Position numbers and translations under genes: made by a program. The notes beneath the pieces were generated by a model. The model saw only the letters and a list, made by a program, of their open reading frames with translations. It had not been told where the DNA came from and made no database searches. This document shows positions 14,555-26,938 of a stretch of DNA of 64,000 nt, piece by piece (the stretch's first letter is position 1; every line of letters starts with the position of its first letter). The stretch covers positions 2,691,696 through 2,755,695 of the forward strand of contig MU058540.1 of NCBI GenBank assembly GCA_013265495.1. Direction: 5' to 3'. This DNA comes from Vicugna vicugna. Its lineage: Eukaryota.

Positions 14555-16000
14555 CTAAAAGTTACAAAGAAATGCCAAGTCAAAAGTTCACAACTGCCAA
14601 GCTAATGCTTTCATGTGCTATAGGAAGTAATATTTAATGTTAATTCAGTGTTCCAAGATGGATATATTACACACAGTGAAGTCAGTGCTGGAAACATCCT
14701 CAAATGTCTCCACATCTGAACAGCTCTGACTCCCTAGTTGAACAAATCAATCTAATTAATTTAAAACCCTCACTTTTGAACTTAAGGACTCACTCAACCT
14801 ATGGCACATGTCACCCAGGCAGCTCAGAACACCTAAGGAAATGATTATAATGTTTAAACAATGTTTAAAACAACAGCAATAACTCAGGCATAGAAAACAT
14901 GACTGGAAGGGGAGGAAAAAGCTAAAATGTATAATTAAGGAAACAGGTTTTCTGCAGTTTTCCTTTCTCTTTATTTTCCTTTTTTTTTTGAGAGAGAGAG
15001 AATAGATAACTTATGATAAAAAGAAAATTGTCTGGAAACCCAAAGAAAAACTTCTTGGCAATTCCCTCACATCGTCCTCCCCCTCCTCTCCCAAAATATA
15101 TATTTTCTCCTCTCCTTGCACTGTTCTTCATATTTTCCCTGATTGAGTCCCACGTCCCTTCCTCACTCAACAAAAAACTCTTTTAGAGGTGGTCCTGTAC
15201 CCTCCCCTTCTCAAGGGGCCAACAGGGATCCTGAACATGGAAGGATCAAATTAATCTTTCACCTGTGTCTTTCAATATGGACTCCCATTTGCCCTAGATA
15301 CTGGTTTTTAATAATATGCTACTCCTTTTATGCAAGGAAAATGAAACTGCTGCATCAGCAGATCACCCACTTTGGGTGTTTTCCATGAATGGGGATGATC
15401 TTGCACGGGTTCCTTCACACCCTCCCCGACAGACGGCTCTTGTGAACAAGCAAGATGTACTTGCAAAACCAGCTGGGACAAGGTTGCGATGCTTTCACGT
15501 TCCACCCCCACCTATATAACTCATTTCTATAAATTCTGTCTCCTGGGGACATCTTTTTAGATCTGTACCAATCTGGCGGGAAGAAATTAAGGGTGGAGAT
15601 ACGCTGTGAGCTTGCTCCTGGAGAGGCAGTGTGAAACTGGGAAAAGCAAGAGCTTTAAGATCAGGAAGACCTAGGCCTCACCTCTGGTACCACTGCGAAA
15701 TGGTTATGTGACATCTATCCCCTCGGAGTCTTAATCTCATCATCTATAAAATGAGTTATTGTCATGACTGTGGGAGAAAAGCACTCAGTAAATAATACTG
15801 ATTTCTTTCTACCTTTCAACTCTCCCTCTAGATCAATACTTAAAGCATCCACATCATCTCTGGCAGAACAGAGACCAGTCAGACTTTTGGGCAGTGGAGG
15901 GGAAGAGAGAGGGGAGGACAGAGCAGCTAAAATGAGGGGCTGGCATGCCTGATACCCCCCACTCCCCAATATTTCAGTTACAGCAACAATCATGAGCTCA

Positions 16001-16198
<198 letters not shown>

Positions 16199-17110
16199 CT
16201 AATGTTTAAATAAAGAAGGAGAGAGGTGGGAAGGGGAGGAGCTGAAATTCTGAAACTCTGCAACACAGTGGTATTCGTGGTTTAACCCATCTGGAACGCA
16301 GGGCCACCCAAGCTAAGCATAATCCTTTCATACGTCAAAGCACCACAGAGGGACAAGTAAGAGGTCACTGATCCCTCCCCTGGCCTTCAGACACGATAAC
16401 CAGACCATGCTGAACAGAGGGGGGCCTCCTCTGCGGACTCTGACGAACCGACCTCAATAATTCACTATTGTATCGTTTCTAAGGAAGGAAGGATAGCAGT
16501 CAACAACATTTTTCTCTAACCATTTTTATAGAAAGGAATGGTTTTTAAATTTCTCTCTGAATTTTTTACACACTGGTTCATTTCACACATTAACTTTCTG
16601 TTATTCCTGCAAGTCTTGGGTATTTGTCACCCTTATCCTGGGTTCTATGACTCATTCCTCTTTTTAAGAGCATTTCCACTGCTATTTCAGTTCCTTGCAG
16701 TTTCTTATTAACTATATTTTCTACCACATCTGTGGGCATTTGTGGGAAGGGCTGATTTGAGAGCTTTTTGCCTTCATAATGATTTCAGAAGTTTGCTGTA
16801 CTTCCATGGTGCCTTGTCAATGAAATAAGAATGCTATAATTCACTTTTTTAATTTTATTTCAACTCTTTTCTTGGAATTTTAAAGCTAATTAATTTATTA
16901 TAGCTGTGCCTAGAGAAGGCTTCCTCTCCTGGGTACTTAATCATTAACCTCTCCCTCTGAGTGAATACCTAAATCCAGAGTACGCTATGTGAGGCCTCCT
17001 AATTTCCTGTTTCTGAGCCAAAACCCTTCCCCAATGCACCGGTGCTAACAACCTGCTGGACAAGATGACTTGCCATGCTGGGTTTCAAGGAATATTTTTA
17101 AATTAATTAC

Positions 17111-17162
17111 CTCTTCATCTTTTAGGCCTTCTTCTTCCATCACTTTTTCTAACTTCTTTTGT
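17111..17162 (-). CDS. STK38: STK38 exon 3
   Basis: 52 nt, (R)QKKLEKVMEEEGLKDEE. Acceptor tttttag, donor GAG|GTAATT. Phase is compatible with exon 2. Confidence 0.97.
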
Positions 17163-18841
17163 CTAAAAATAAAGACACATGAAATAACATTTGAATGATA
17201 ACTTTCTGTAAAGTCTATATAAACGTAATTTTTTAAATGATAAAAGCAGGTAAATCTCAAAATGCCTCACTAAAACAGATTACAGTTACTAAGACAAGTA
17301 AAAAGATTCCTACTCTGTTAGTTCTACATTTTGACAAAGATTGTATAAGATGTCAATGCAACAAAGAATCTTATTTTGAAATGAAATGTTCTTTCTTTTT
17401 TTTTTTTTTTTTTTTATTTTTTCCTCCTCACCAAACCCAAGAATTGATAGCCTCTTGTATGAGGCGTTTCTCTCCCTGTCCCTGACTGAAATCTACTTCC
17501 TTATGTTCACATCCTCCTCCTCCTCCCTGTCACAAGCAAAGAGTAATAAACAGAAAAGGTAAAGGCAGGACTTGGAAATTCAACAGGCGGAACATGTTTT
17601 AAAAAGGTGATTGGCACTGCTATTAAAACTTAAGACTCTAAATCCTTGGAGTATAACACTTCAGAAACTGCATCCAAGAATATTTTTTGACCTATAGTCT
17701 CATATTGATTTGATAAAACTTTAAAAAAAAAAACTTCCGTACTACCAATTCTACACAACCTCTATTTATTTGGCATAATAAATGAAAGCACATGGACTGG
17801 AATCTCTCCTCTGTTACTTATCAGCATTCCAGACACCAGGCAATGGGAGCAGGGCAGGGAAGAAGAGAAGCACAGGGTGCACGAGTAACAGCACGCAGTC
17901 TGGTGCAGTGCGGCACATAGCACTTCCAATGCCACACCAAGAAGGGGGGCTCTTATTCTGTGAAAAACTGACAGTTATCAGAGGCTTGTGCACAAAGGAA
18001 TGATGTGATGAGGTTTCTATTTCAGAATAGCAGCCAGCAGTAATGAGCTGATGGGCTGGCAGGGAAAGCAACTGACAAAGACTCAGGCACACTGAAAGCT
18101 GTCACAATGATTCAGATGTGCACAGCAGTGATCTGGAACTAAGGCTGGAAACCTAGAATGAAATGAACAGAGCTGTTTTGCAAAGATGACCAACTGGCAG
18201 CAGCAGTCAAGGGAAAAGTTTTAGAATTTCTTGTGTGGGAGGATAATGATGCCACTAACCAAGACAGGAAACACAGAGAGAGGAACATGGGAAGATAATG
18301 AGTTTTCTTCTGGTCAATGAGTATTTACTGCATCAATAGTATTTAGTTAAAATTAATACTGTTAGAAATCATGTTACAGTACAAATGCACAGGCTCAGAT
18401 GATAAACAAGAATTTGTGTCCAAACTCCCAGGAAGTGAAAAGATCTACTCTGACCCTGAAGGAAAGAAGAAAGCATCTACATGGTTCCCAATCTGCCCAC
18501 TTCTCTCCTGGTTCCCACAATATTCTGGGATATGCATCTACATGTGCACATGTATTGGATGGAGAAGGCTGGACTGTTGGCAGTTTCAGCAGCGAAAATT
18601 AATTCCATTTCCGTGGTTAAATAGCTGAAGCAGGGAAGAGTGAGAAGAATTAAAGCATGGCAAGAACTATAAGAATTCAACCACAGTCTGTTCTTTTTGG
18701 GCCTTGAGTATCAAACACCATCACCATCATACCTTCTGACTATGTATTTTTTGAATGACCACACCAGACTATGCTAGAAGTACAATGTGCTATCACACAG
18801 TGTGTGTCACAGAGATGGCTCCTTCTGAATGATTTTTTATT

Positions 18842-18976
18842 GGGGGGGGGTGTTTGGGGGAGGAGGTAATTAGATTTATTTATGTATTTATGTATGCATG
18901 TATGTACGTATGTACCATAGACTGAACCCAGGACCTGTGCATGCTAAGCACACTACCACTGAGCTATACCCTCCCC
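18842..18976 (-). mobile_element. Vic-1-type tRNA-derived SINE
   Basis: Reverse complement GGGGAGGGTATAGCTCAGTGGTAG...GGTCCTGGGTTCAGTC, followed by A-rich and CTAATTACCTCC tail. Confidence 0.85.
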
Positions 18977-20582
18977 TGCAACCGAATTTCAAATCTAAAT
19001 TCAAACTGGAAAGTATTCTACAGCTCAGTTGCAACTGTGATCAAATTAGTTTCAGTAGATAACCTACCTGAGGGTAAAGTTATCAGAATCAACTCCCTGA
19101 ACACAACCAGATTCTTTCATTATGCTTTTTCTGGATACTTTCTCTATCATGCACAATTAACCAAAAGTGGCAAACAGTGACATCTTACAAAAGACTTAAA
19201 GGTGACGTCTTCTGAGACACAATACTACTTTGCTGGAATCATGTTGGCATTGTGATAACAAGAAAATGGCCATATTTTGGAGATGCATACTGAAGTATGT
19301 AGGATTGAAATGACGGATGTTTGAAATTTACTTTAAAACACAACAGCAAGAAAAAACAAAATGGAATAGATGAAATTTAGCAAAGCCTTGATAATTACTG
19401 AATCTGAAAGATGAATGTATGGGGGCTTACTGTATCAGTCTATCTGTGGGTGTGTTTAAAACTGTCCATAATGCATAAGAAAAGCAGGCCCTTCCACGTC
19501 TCTGGTCACAGTGCCAGGCGAGCTAATACTCCAGCCTTTGGTGAGGCCAGTCTCTGGCTCAACTCCAATGTTCCAAACCAGAACCCTGGGAGAAAAAGGC
19601 ACTTTCACACGCAGATGCCACACCCAAACCCACCCAGCAAGGCTTCCATGAGCTCTATTTATTAGCATGTGAGGCCATTTCCCACATGAGATGGTAAATT
19701 CTTTTTAAGCTGGGCCAACATCCGAATCTTCCTTCTCCACTAAGAATAGGGCTTTGCACACAGCAACTTTCTAAAATGTATGTTGCTAAATTTAAAACAA
19801 AAAAGGTAAAAATGTGTCATAAAGTGCACATACATTCATGACTACTTCTTATAATTAACCCATTTCTATGCCTAATCTAGGCTCGCTTCCAAGCACAGCT
19901 ACATTCAGAAGCAGCAGAGATGGAAGGAATAGATGAGTCCACTCTACAAGTGAGTTGAGTAGACAATATTTCTAATTTCTGTTGATGAGACACTAGATAC
20001 CAGGAAAAATACCATAGATATGAACAGTGGTTATCTCCATGATCAAAACAGAATTCTCAAGAAATGCCCTAAAAATGAATATGACAGATTTTTTTCTAAA
20101 AGCTCAACAAATTATTTTGGTTTGACTGATATCTAATTGGTGAATACCCTTAGAAAGTCTAGATCTACCCATCCCTGGGTCTTAAATAAACACTTGCTCT
20201 CTAATAATAATCACATATTGCAACTCAGTACCAGTTCAGACCAAATGCATACATAGTTAGGAAAACCTGGGTAAGAATATCTAAGAGTGGCATCAGAAAA
20301 TGTTAGTTCTCAGGGTAAAATGTAGGAAAGTTCTTATTCAATTTGGGGGAGTGCAGGGGGGACAGTATACAATTATTGCCTATTAAATTAGGTTTTTGTG
20401 GCTTTAATTAATCCACCGAAATAGAATTCATAAAGAACAGAAACAGAATATTTTGTAGTGAGAAATGCCAGTTTCCTCAGTTCTGATTTCAAACTGCTAC
20501 AAATTACCCAAATCATTACTTTCTGATGAATAACCAGGCAAGTATCAACATCTACTGGGTACGTAGATCGCATAAGAGAGAA

Positions 20583-20730
20583 GGGGGCGAGGGTATGCTC
20601 AGTGGTTAGAGCACATGCTTAACATGCACAAGGTCCTGGGTTCAATTCCCAGCACCTCATTAAAATAACTAAATAAATAAACCTAATTAATTCCTTCCAC
20701 CCCTACCCCACACCCCAGAAAACAAAAAAG
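20583..20730 (+). mobile_element. Vic-1-type tRNA-derived SINE
   Basis: A box GCTCAGTGG, B box GGTTCAATTCC, then AAATAAACCTAATTA and C-rich/A-rich tail. Confidence 0.88.
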
Positions 20731-22249
20731 AATAGGAGAACTGCTTTTCCTAGAGAAGCTTACAACAGAGGCCACCATCGAAAGCAAAACACAGATTAAA
20801 AAAAGAACATGAACCTGCACTACTGAATGGGTTCAGTTTATAATCTGTTAAGTAGCACTAACAGGCATTCTGCAATACCGTGTAATGAGCACTAGACTCA
20901 GGGAGTTGAAACGTTTTTAAACCAATCTGTAGGACTTTTTGTAGTGTTTCCATGAAACAGCCCAATGTTCTCATATTTTACTTTTATACAAGAAACAACT
21001 CACAAATGATTTTTATTTTTTTCTTCTACTTCTAGGCTTTGGTCTCATTTCCCCCTGCGGTAAATTCCTTATTTTAAATTTAAACCAGTGCTCTACTAAA
21101 ATGGAACGGCACAAAAGTTGCATATAAGTGGGAGAAATACTAGAGATTTTAGAGACAACAAGGCATATACAAACAAAATGAAAATCTGTATTGCAACCTG
21201 ATCTCAATTACTAGCCCCCAAATTTACCAGCCCAATACTTGTTATTTCAAACTGCTCATCATATATTAGTCATATATCCATAATAAAATGTTTATCATCA
21301 TTGTCTCATACCATTAAAACTCTGTTTATCAAGTTTCTATGTTTCCCCAAAACATCAAAATGCCTGAAAATCCATTTCTGACAGTTCTAATTTTAGTTTA
21401 CTTACTACTGTGGTTAACTCCTGCCAATCACTATTTCTCTTTTTAGTGTCTAATTTTCTAGGAATGATAAAATCTAAAATAGTATTACTAAATTTTAGCA
21501 AGAAACTAAAAAAACCAATATCAACTCATGTCCAAAAAAGAAGGCACTGAAAGATTAACAATACTGATTCTGAAAAGTTCAAAGTATCTACCACTTTTTT
21601 AAAATGAAAAATAATGATGATTTGATAACAACAAAATTACAAGAACAAACATTCTAATCCTCTTAAATGTCTAACATTCTTTTTCCTATGTCTTTTGATT
21701 AATTTGGTCTTTAAGAAAAGCAAGACCACCGAAGCTTTTGGAAGGGCTTTCCATCTTAAGAATAAAAAAAAAAAAAAAAAAAAAAAAGCACTGATTTCAA
21801 TCCATGTTGGGGTGCAATCTTAGTGTAAATCACAGTACAACACTTATTAACAATGTAAATAAAACCACTTATCATCTTGTTCCTGGAGAATGTGATATAG
21901 ATCATTGATGCACAGTAGGACAGAGGATTAGTAGGATTAAAAACCAAGTATTACCAAATAAAACATAACTTAATCAGAACTCATAAGCATTTGCTTTGTA
22001 ACTACAACACCAGAATCTGACTTCATGAGAGTGGTTATATTTGAAAATAACTATCTCCAACATGCCTAGAGATACAGTGTGCAAATTTACTCTTGAATCC
22101 TCACGACCCTAACAAAGGGCACTCTGCAGGCACTTGTCTGTCCAGTGAACAGCAGTTAGCCACCACCAGGTACACAGTATCTTGCTATTCTGCCAACATC
22201 TGCATATTTAAAGTCAAATCATATATCCTATGTAAATTATGATTTACAC

Positions 22250-24510
22250 CCTTCTGAAGAACATGGTTGCAAAAATCCTTACCAAAATATGAGCATATTG
22301 AATCCAGCAATATATAAAGAGAAAAATGCATTATGATCAAGAGGGTTTTACCCTAGGAATGCAAGGTTAGTTTAACATTCAAAAATCAGTCCATGTAATT
22401 CACCACAGTAAAATAAGAGAAAAACAGTATGATCACTCCATAGATAACAGGAAAAGCATTTGATGAAACACCCACTCATGATAAAAACTCTCAGCCAAAA
22501 AGGAACAAAAGGAAACTTCCCCAACCTATGAAAGCATCTCTGAAAAACCTACATCTAACATCCTAACAGTGAAATAGTGCTTCCCCCTTAAACCAGGAAC
22601 AAAGACGTCTACTCCCACCATTTACATTCAACATCGTACCTGAAATCCCAGCCAATGTGAAAAGGCAAGAGAAACAAAGAAAAGGTATACAGATTGGAAA
22701 AGAAGTAAAACTCTCTATTTGGCCATGACACAATTGTTTGCATAGAAAATTCTATGGAATCTACAAAAAAAGCTACTAGAATAAGTAAATTAGCAAGTTG
22801 CAGGATATGAGGTCAATATACAAAATTCAGTTACAGTTCTATACACTAGTTGCAAACTGGAAAGTGGAATCAGTAGCATCAAAAAAAAAAACAAACCCTC
22901 AAAATACTAGGAACAGATGAACAAAAGACACAAAGAGCTCCACCCTAAAGCTACAAAACATTGTTGAGAAAAATTAAAGACCTAACAAGGTAGAGAGCTA
23001 TGCATCAGAAGTTTCAACATTGTTAAGATGTCAATTCTCCCCCAAATTAATCTACAGATTCAATACAATTACAACAATTAATCCATTAGGCTTTTCTGTA
23101 GAAACTGACAAGGTGATTCTAAAATTTATATGGAAATGCAAAAAACCTAGCGTATCTAAAGCAATCTTGGAAAAAGAAAAAAAAAAAACCAGCAAAGCTG
23201 AGGACTTACACTACCTGACTTCAAACCTTAACAACAAAGCTACAGTAATCAAGACAGTGTGATACTGGCATAGGGACAAACAGATCAATGAAACAGAATA
23301 AAGAGCCCACAAATTGATACACACTTACGTGGTATTTGATTTTCAACAACGTGCCAAAGCAATCTAACAGGGAAAAGAAAAATCTTTGCAACAAATGACG
23401 CTAAAATAACTGGATATCCATAAGGAAAAAATAAATCCCAACTCCCACCTCATACTACACACACTTACTAATTCAAGATGGCTCACATAACAAAATGTAA
23501 CAACTAAATCTATGAAATTTCTAAAAGAAAACAGAATATTTTCATGACTTGGGATAGGCAAAGGTTTCTTAGAGGCTACAGAATGCAATAACTATAAAAG
23601 AAAAAAAACGCCAAGTTAGATGAACTGGAAAGCCACAGACGGGGAGAAACTATTTGCAAAACATACATATGACAAAGAATTGGTACCTAAGTTACATAAA
23701 GAACTCCTACAACTCAATGGTCAAAAAATGTGAACAAACACTTCACAAAGGAAAATACAAAAGCGGCCAAAAAGCACAAAGAAAAATGTTCAACATCATT
23801 AATCATCAGGGAAATGCAAATTAAAATGACAATGAAATACCACTAATCATTCACAAGAACAGCTAAAGTTAAAAGACTGGTAACACAAATGTTAAAAATA
23901 CAAAGCAACTAGAACTCTCAAACACTGTTGGTAACCTTCTGGAAAAAAGTCTAGCAGTTTCTTACAAAACTGAACATACACCTATGTGTTTATGATCCAG
24001 CCATTCCACTCTTAAATATCTACTAAAGAAATGAAAACAAATGTTCTCAAAGAGACCTGTACACAAATGTTCACAGAAACTTATTCAAAACATCAAAAAA
24101 CTGAAAAAAAGCCCAGATTTTTATCAACATTAAGAATATATAAACAAACTATGGCATAGTCAGAAAACAGAATGGTACTCTGCAATATGAAGGAACGAGC
24201 TATGGACACAATAGAAACATAGATGAACCTTGAAAACATTAGGCTGAGTGCAAGATGCCTTATTCAGATGAATCCATTCACATGTTGCACTTGTATGGAA
24301 CAGATAAGACTAATCTATGGTAGAAACAAAAATCACAACAGTGGTGGCCTGGGGTTAAAGGAGCATCTCCAAGAAAGAACTTTCTGGGATGATGGTTAAT
24401 ATTCTATGTCTTGATAGGGGTTTTAAGTTATACAGGTGTTAAGTATTTGTCAAAACTCATCAAAATGTACCCTTAAGATGGTGTAGTTCATTGTATGCAA
24501 ATTTTACCTT
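22250..24510 (+). mobile_element. Degraded older L1 (ORF2 3' part and 3'UTR)
   Basis: ORF2-like remnants (PKLIYRFNTI, ILKFIWK, KATVIKTV) with many frameshifts. Confidence 0.9.
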
Positions 24511-24879
24511 CCCTTAAAATACACGTATATACAGATACATAGAACTGTGGTTTGTTATACAAGCAGGAACACTCAGAAATAAAACATACTGACATCTGCA
24601 ACATACACTTTGAAGTACAGCAAAAAATTAAGATGGATTAATGAATGGAAAGAGGGATGGATAGATGGGTATGTGATAAAACAATAAATGACAACCTTAG
24701 AATCTATATAGTATATATATGAATATTTACTGTACAGTTCTTTCAAGTTTTCTGCAATTCTGAGTATCTTCATAATCAAATACTGGAAGGGGAAAGTTTT
24801 TTGGCTTCATCAGGGGAAAAAATTTTTAATTATGAGTTACTATATGGATGGGAGAACACCAGATCAATAATATTAACTG

Positions 24880-25120
24880 GTACTACCACCATTAACTAAG
24901 TGATTACTATGTGTGAAGCACTATGCTGGGTACCCACATATGTTATATCTAACCCCCACAGCAACCCTGCAATAGTTTCATTGCCATTTTCCAGATGGGA
25001 GAACTGATACACAGAAAGACTAAGAACTTGTTCCAGCCTCATATAGCTACTAAATGGTAAAGGTAGGATTCTAAACCTAGGCCTGGCTCCGTAAGAGCTG
25101 CTCGTTCCATTACATCACAC
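24880..25120 (-). mobile_element. MIR
   Basis: Core CCATTTTCCAGATGGGAGAACTGA...TAAGAACTTGTTCCAG. Other MIR cores at ~6350-6480, 15630-15800, 38010-38170, 44190-44340, 50700-50800 and 60700-60920. Confidence 0.7.
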
Positions 25121-25219
25121 TGCTTTAACAGTGAACTCCAAGGATTTGGCCCAATTAATTTTTTTATACTACCTGTGAATTTTATGTTATTGACTAGTAG
25201 TAAAAATAAGTGGGTTAAC

Positions 25220-26630
25220 CACACACCTACAGTCAATTAATTTCCAACAAAGGAGGCAAGAATATACAATGGAGAAAAGACAGCCTCTTCCACAAGTGGT
25301 GTTCGGAAAGCTGATCAGTCACACATAAATCAGTGAAGCTAGAACACTCCCTCACAGCATATACAAAAATAAAACTCAAAATGGCTTAAAGATTTAAACA
25401 TAAGACAAGACGCTGTAAACCTCCTAGAAGAAAACATAGGCAAAACATTCTCTATGAAAGTATCCTTGCAACGTTCTCCTAGGGCAGTCTACTGAGGCAA
25501 TAGAAATAAAAGCAAAAATAAACAAATGGGACCTAATTAAACTTACAAACTTTTGCACAGCAAAGGAAACTATAAACAAAAAGACAACCTATGGAATGGG
25601 AGAAAGTATTTGCAAACGACGTGACTGACAAGGGCTTAATTTCCAGAATATACAAATAGCTCATACAACTTAGCAACAAAAATATAAGCAATCCAATCAA
25701 AAAATGGGCAGAAGACTTTAACATTTCTCCAATAAAGACATAGAAGTGTCCGATAGGCACATGAAAAAATGCTCAATATTGCTAATTATCAGAGAAATGT
25801 AAATCAAAACTATAATGAGGTATACCTCACACCAGTCAGAATGGCCATAATTAAAAAGTCCACGAACAATAAATGTTGGAGAGAGCATGCAGAAAAGGGA
25901 ACTCTCCTACAATGTTGGTGGGAATGTAGTTTGGTGCAGCCATTATGGAAAATAGTATGGAGATTCTTTAAAAAACTAAAAATAGACTTACCATATGATC
26001 CAGCAATCCTAGTCTTTGGACTGTATCTGGAGAAAACTCTAATTCAAAAAGATACATGCACCCCAATGTTCATAGCAGCATTATTTACAATAGCTAAGAC
26101 ATAGAAGCAATCTAAATGTCCATCGACAGATGACTAAAGAAGTTGTGGTACATATACACAATGGAATACTACTCAGCCATAAAAAATAAAAGAATGCTAT
26201 TTGCAGCAACATGGATGGACCTGAAGAGTGAAGTAAGACAGAAAGAAAAAGAAGAATACCATTTGATATCACTTACATGTAGACTCAAAAAAAATGATAC
26301 AAATGAACTTATTTACAAAAGTAACAGACTCACAGATATAGAAAAGAAACTTATGGTTAGTAGAAGGAAAAGGGGAGGGGCGGGGTAGAGGGATAAATTG
26401 GAAGTTCAGGATTTGCAGATACTAACTACTATATATAAACAACAAGGTCCACTGTATAGCACAGGGAACTATATTCAATATCTTATAATAGCCTATAAAG
26501 AAAAAGAATATGAAAAGGAATATATATATATATATAACTGAAACCCTATGCTGTACACCAGAAATTAACACAACATTGCAAACCAACTATCCTTCAATAT
26601 AAATACACAAATAAATAAATAAAAAGAAAG
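25220..26630 (+). mobile_element. Younger 5'-truncated L1 (ORF2 C-terminus, 3'UTR, A-tail)
   Basis: [19 protein letters not shown]...PYDPAI...TCTPMFIAALFTIAKT. A-rich tail. Imperfect TSD ending TGGGTTAA on both sides. Confidence 0.93.
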
Positions 26631-26807
26631 AACTGGGTTAATAGCAAGGGCTTTGGAAATCAGTGACACTGTCACTCCACTTTAATGGAATCGGCTATAA
26701 CATGGCCGCTACTGCTGTCTCCTTTCAATCATATTGTGAATGTGTTTAACAACACTAAACATGAATGCCAAAACCACAACACAATATTCTCAAACAAAAT
26801 TCTTTAC

Positions 26808-26938
26808 CTCATTTCTCGTTCTTCATGTTGAGCGATCAGGTTGCTATAAAAATTCTCCAGTGTCACTTTGGTCATTGTCACCCTTTCCTTTGTGTGATTA
26901 CTCATGGACGAGTAAGGTGTTGAGCCTGTCATTGCCAT
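26808..26938 (-). CDS. STK38: STK38/NDR1 exon 2, first coding exon (codons 1-44)
   Basis: Reverse complement reads CAGCC-ATG-GCA-ATG and translates to MAMTGSTPYSSMSNHTKERVTMTKVTLENFYSNLIAQHEEREMR, the NDR1 N-terminus. 131 nt coding, donor AG|GTAAAG, acceptor TTTCTAG|CAG. Confidence 0.97.

Noticed and set aside
25769..26388. Protein-coding ORFs resembling the L1 ORF2 C-terminus
   Set aside because: Frameshifted fragments of a 5'-truncated L1, not a gene.
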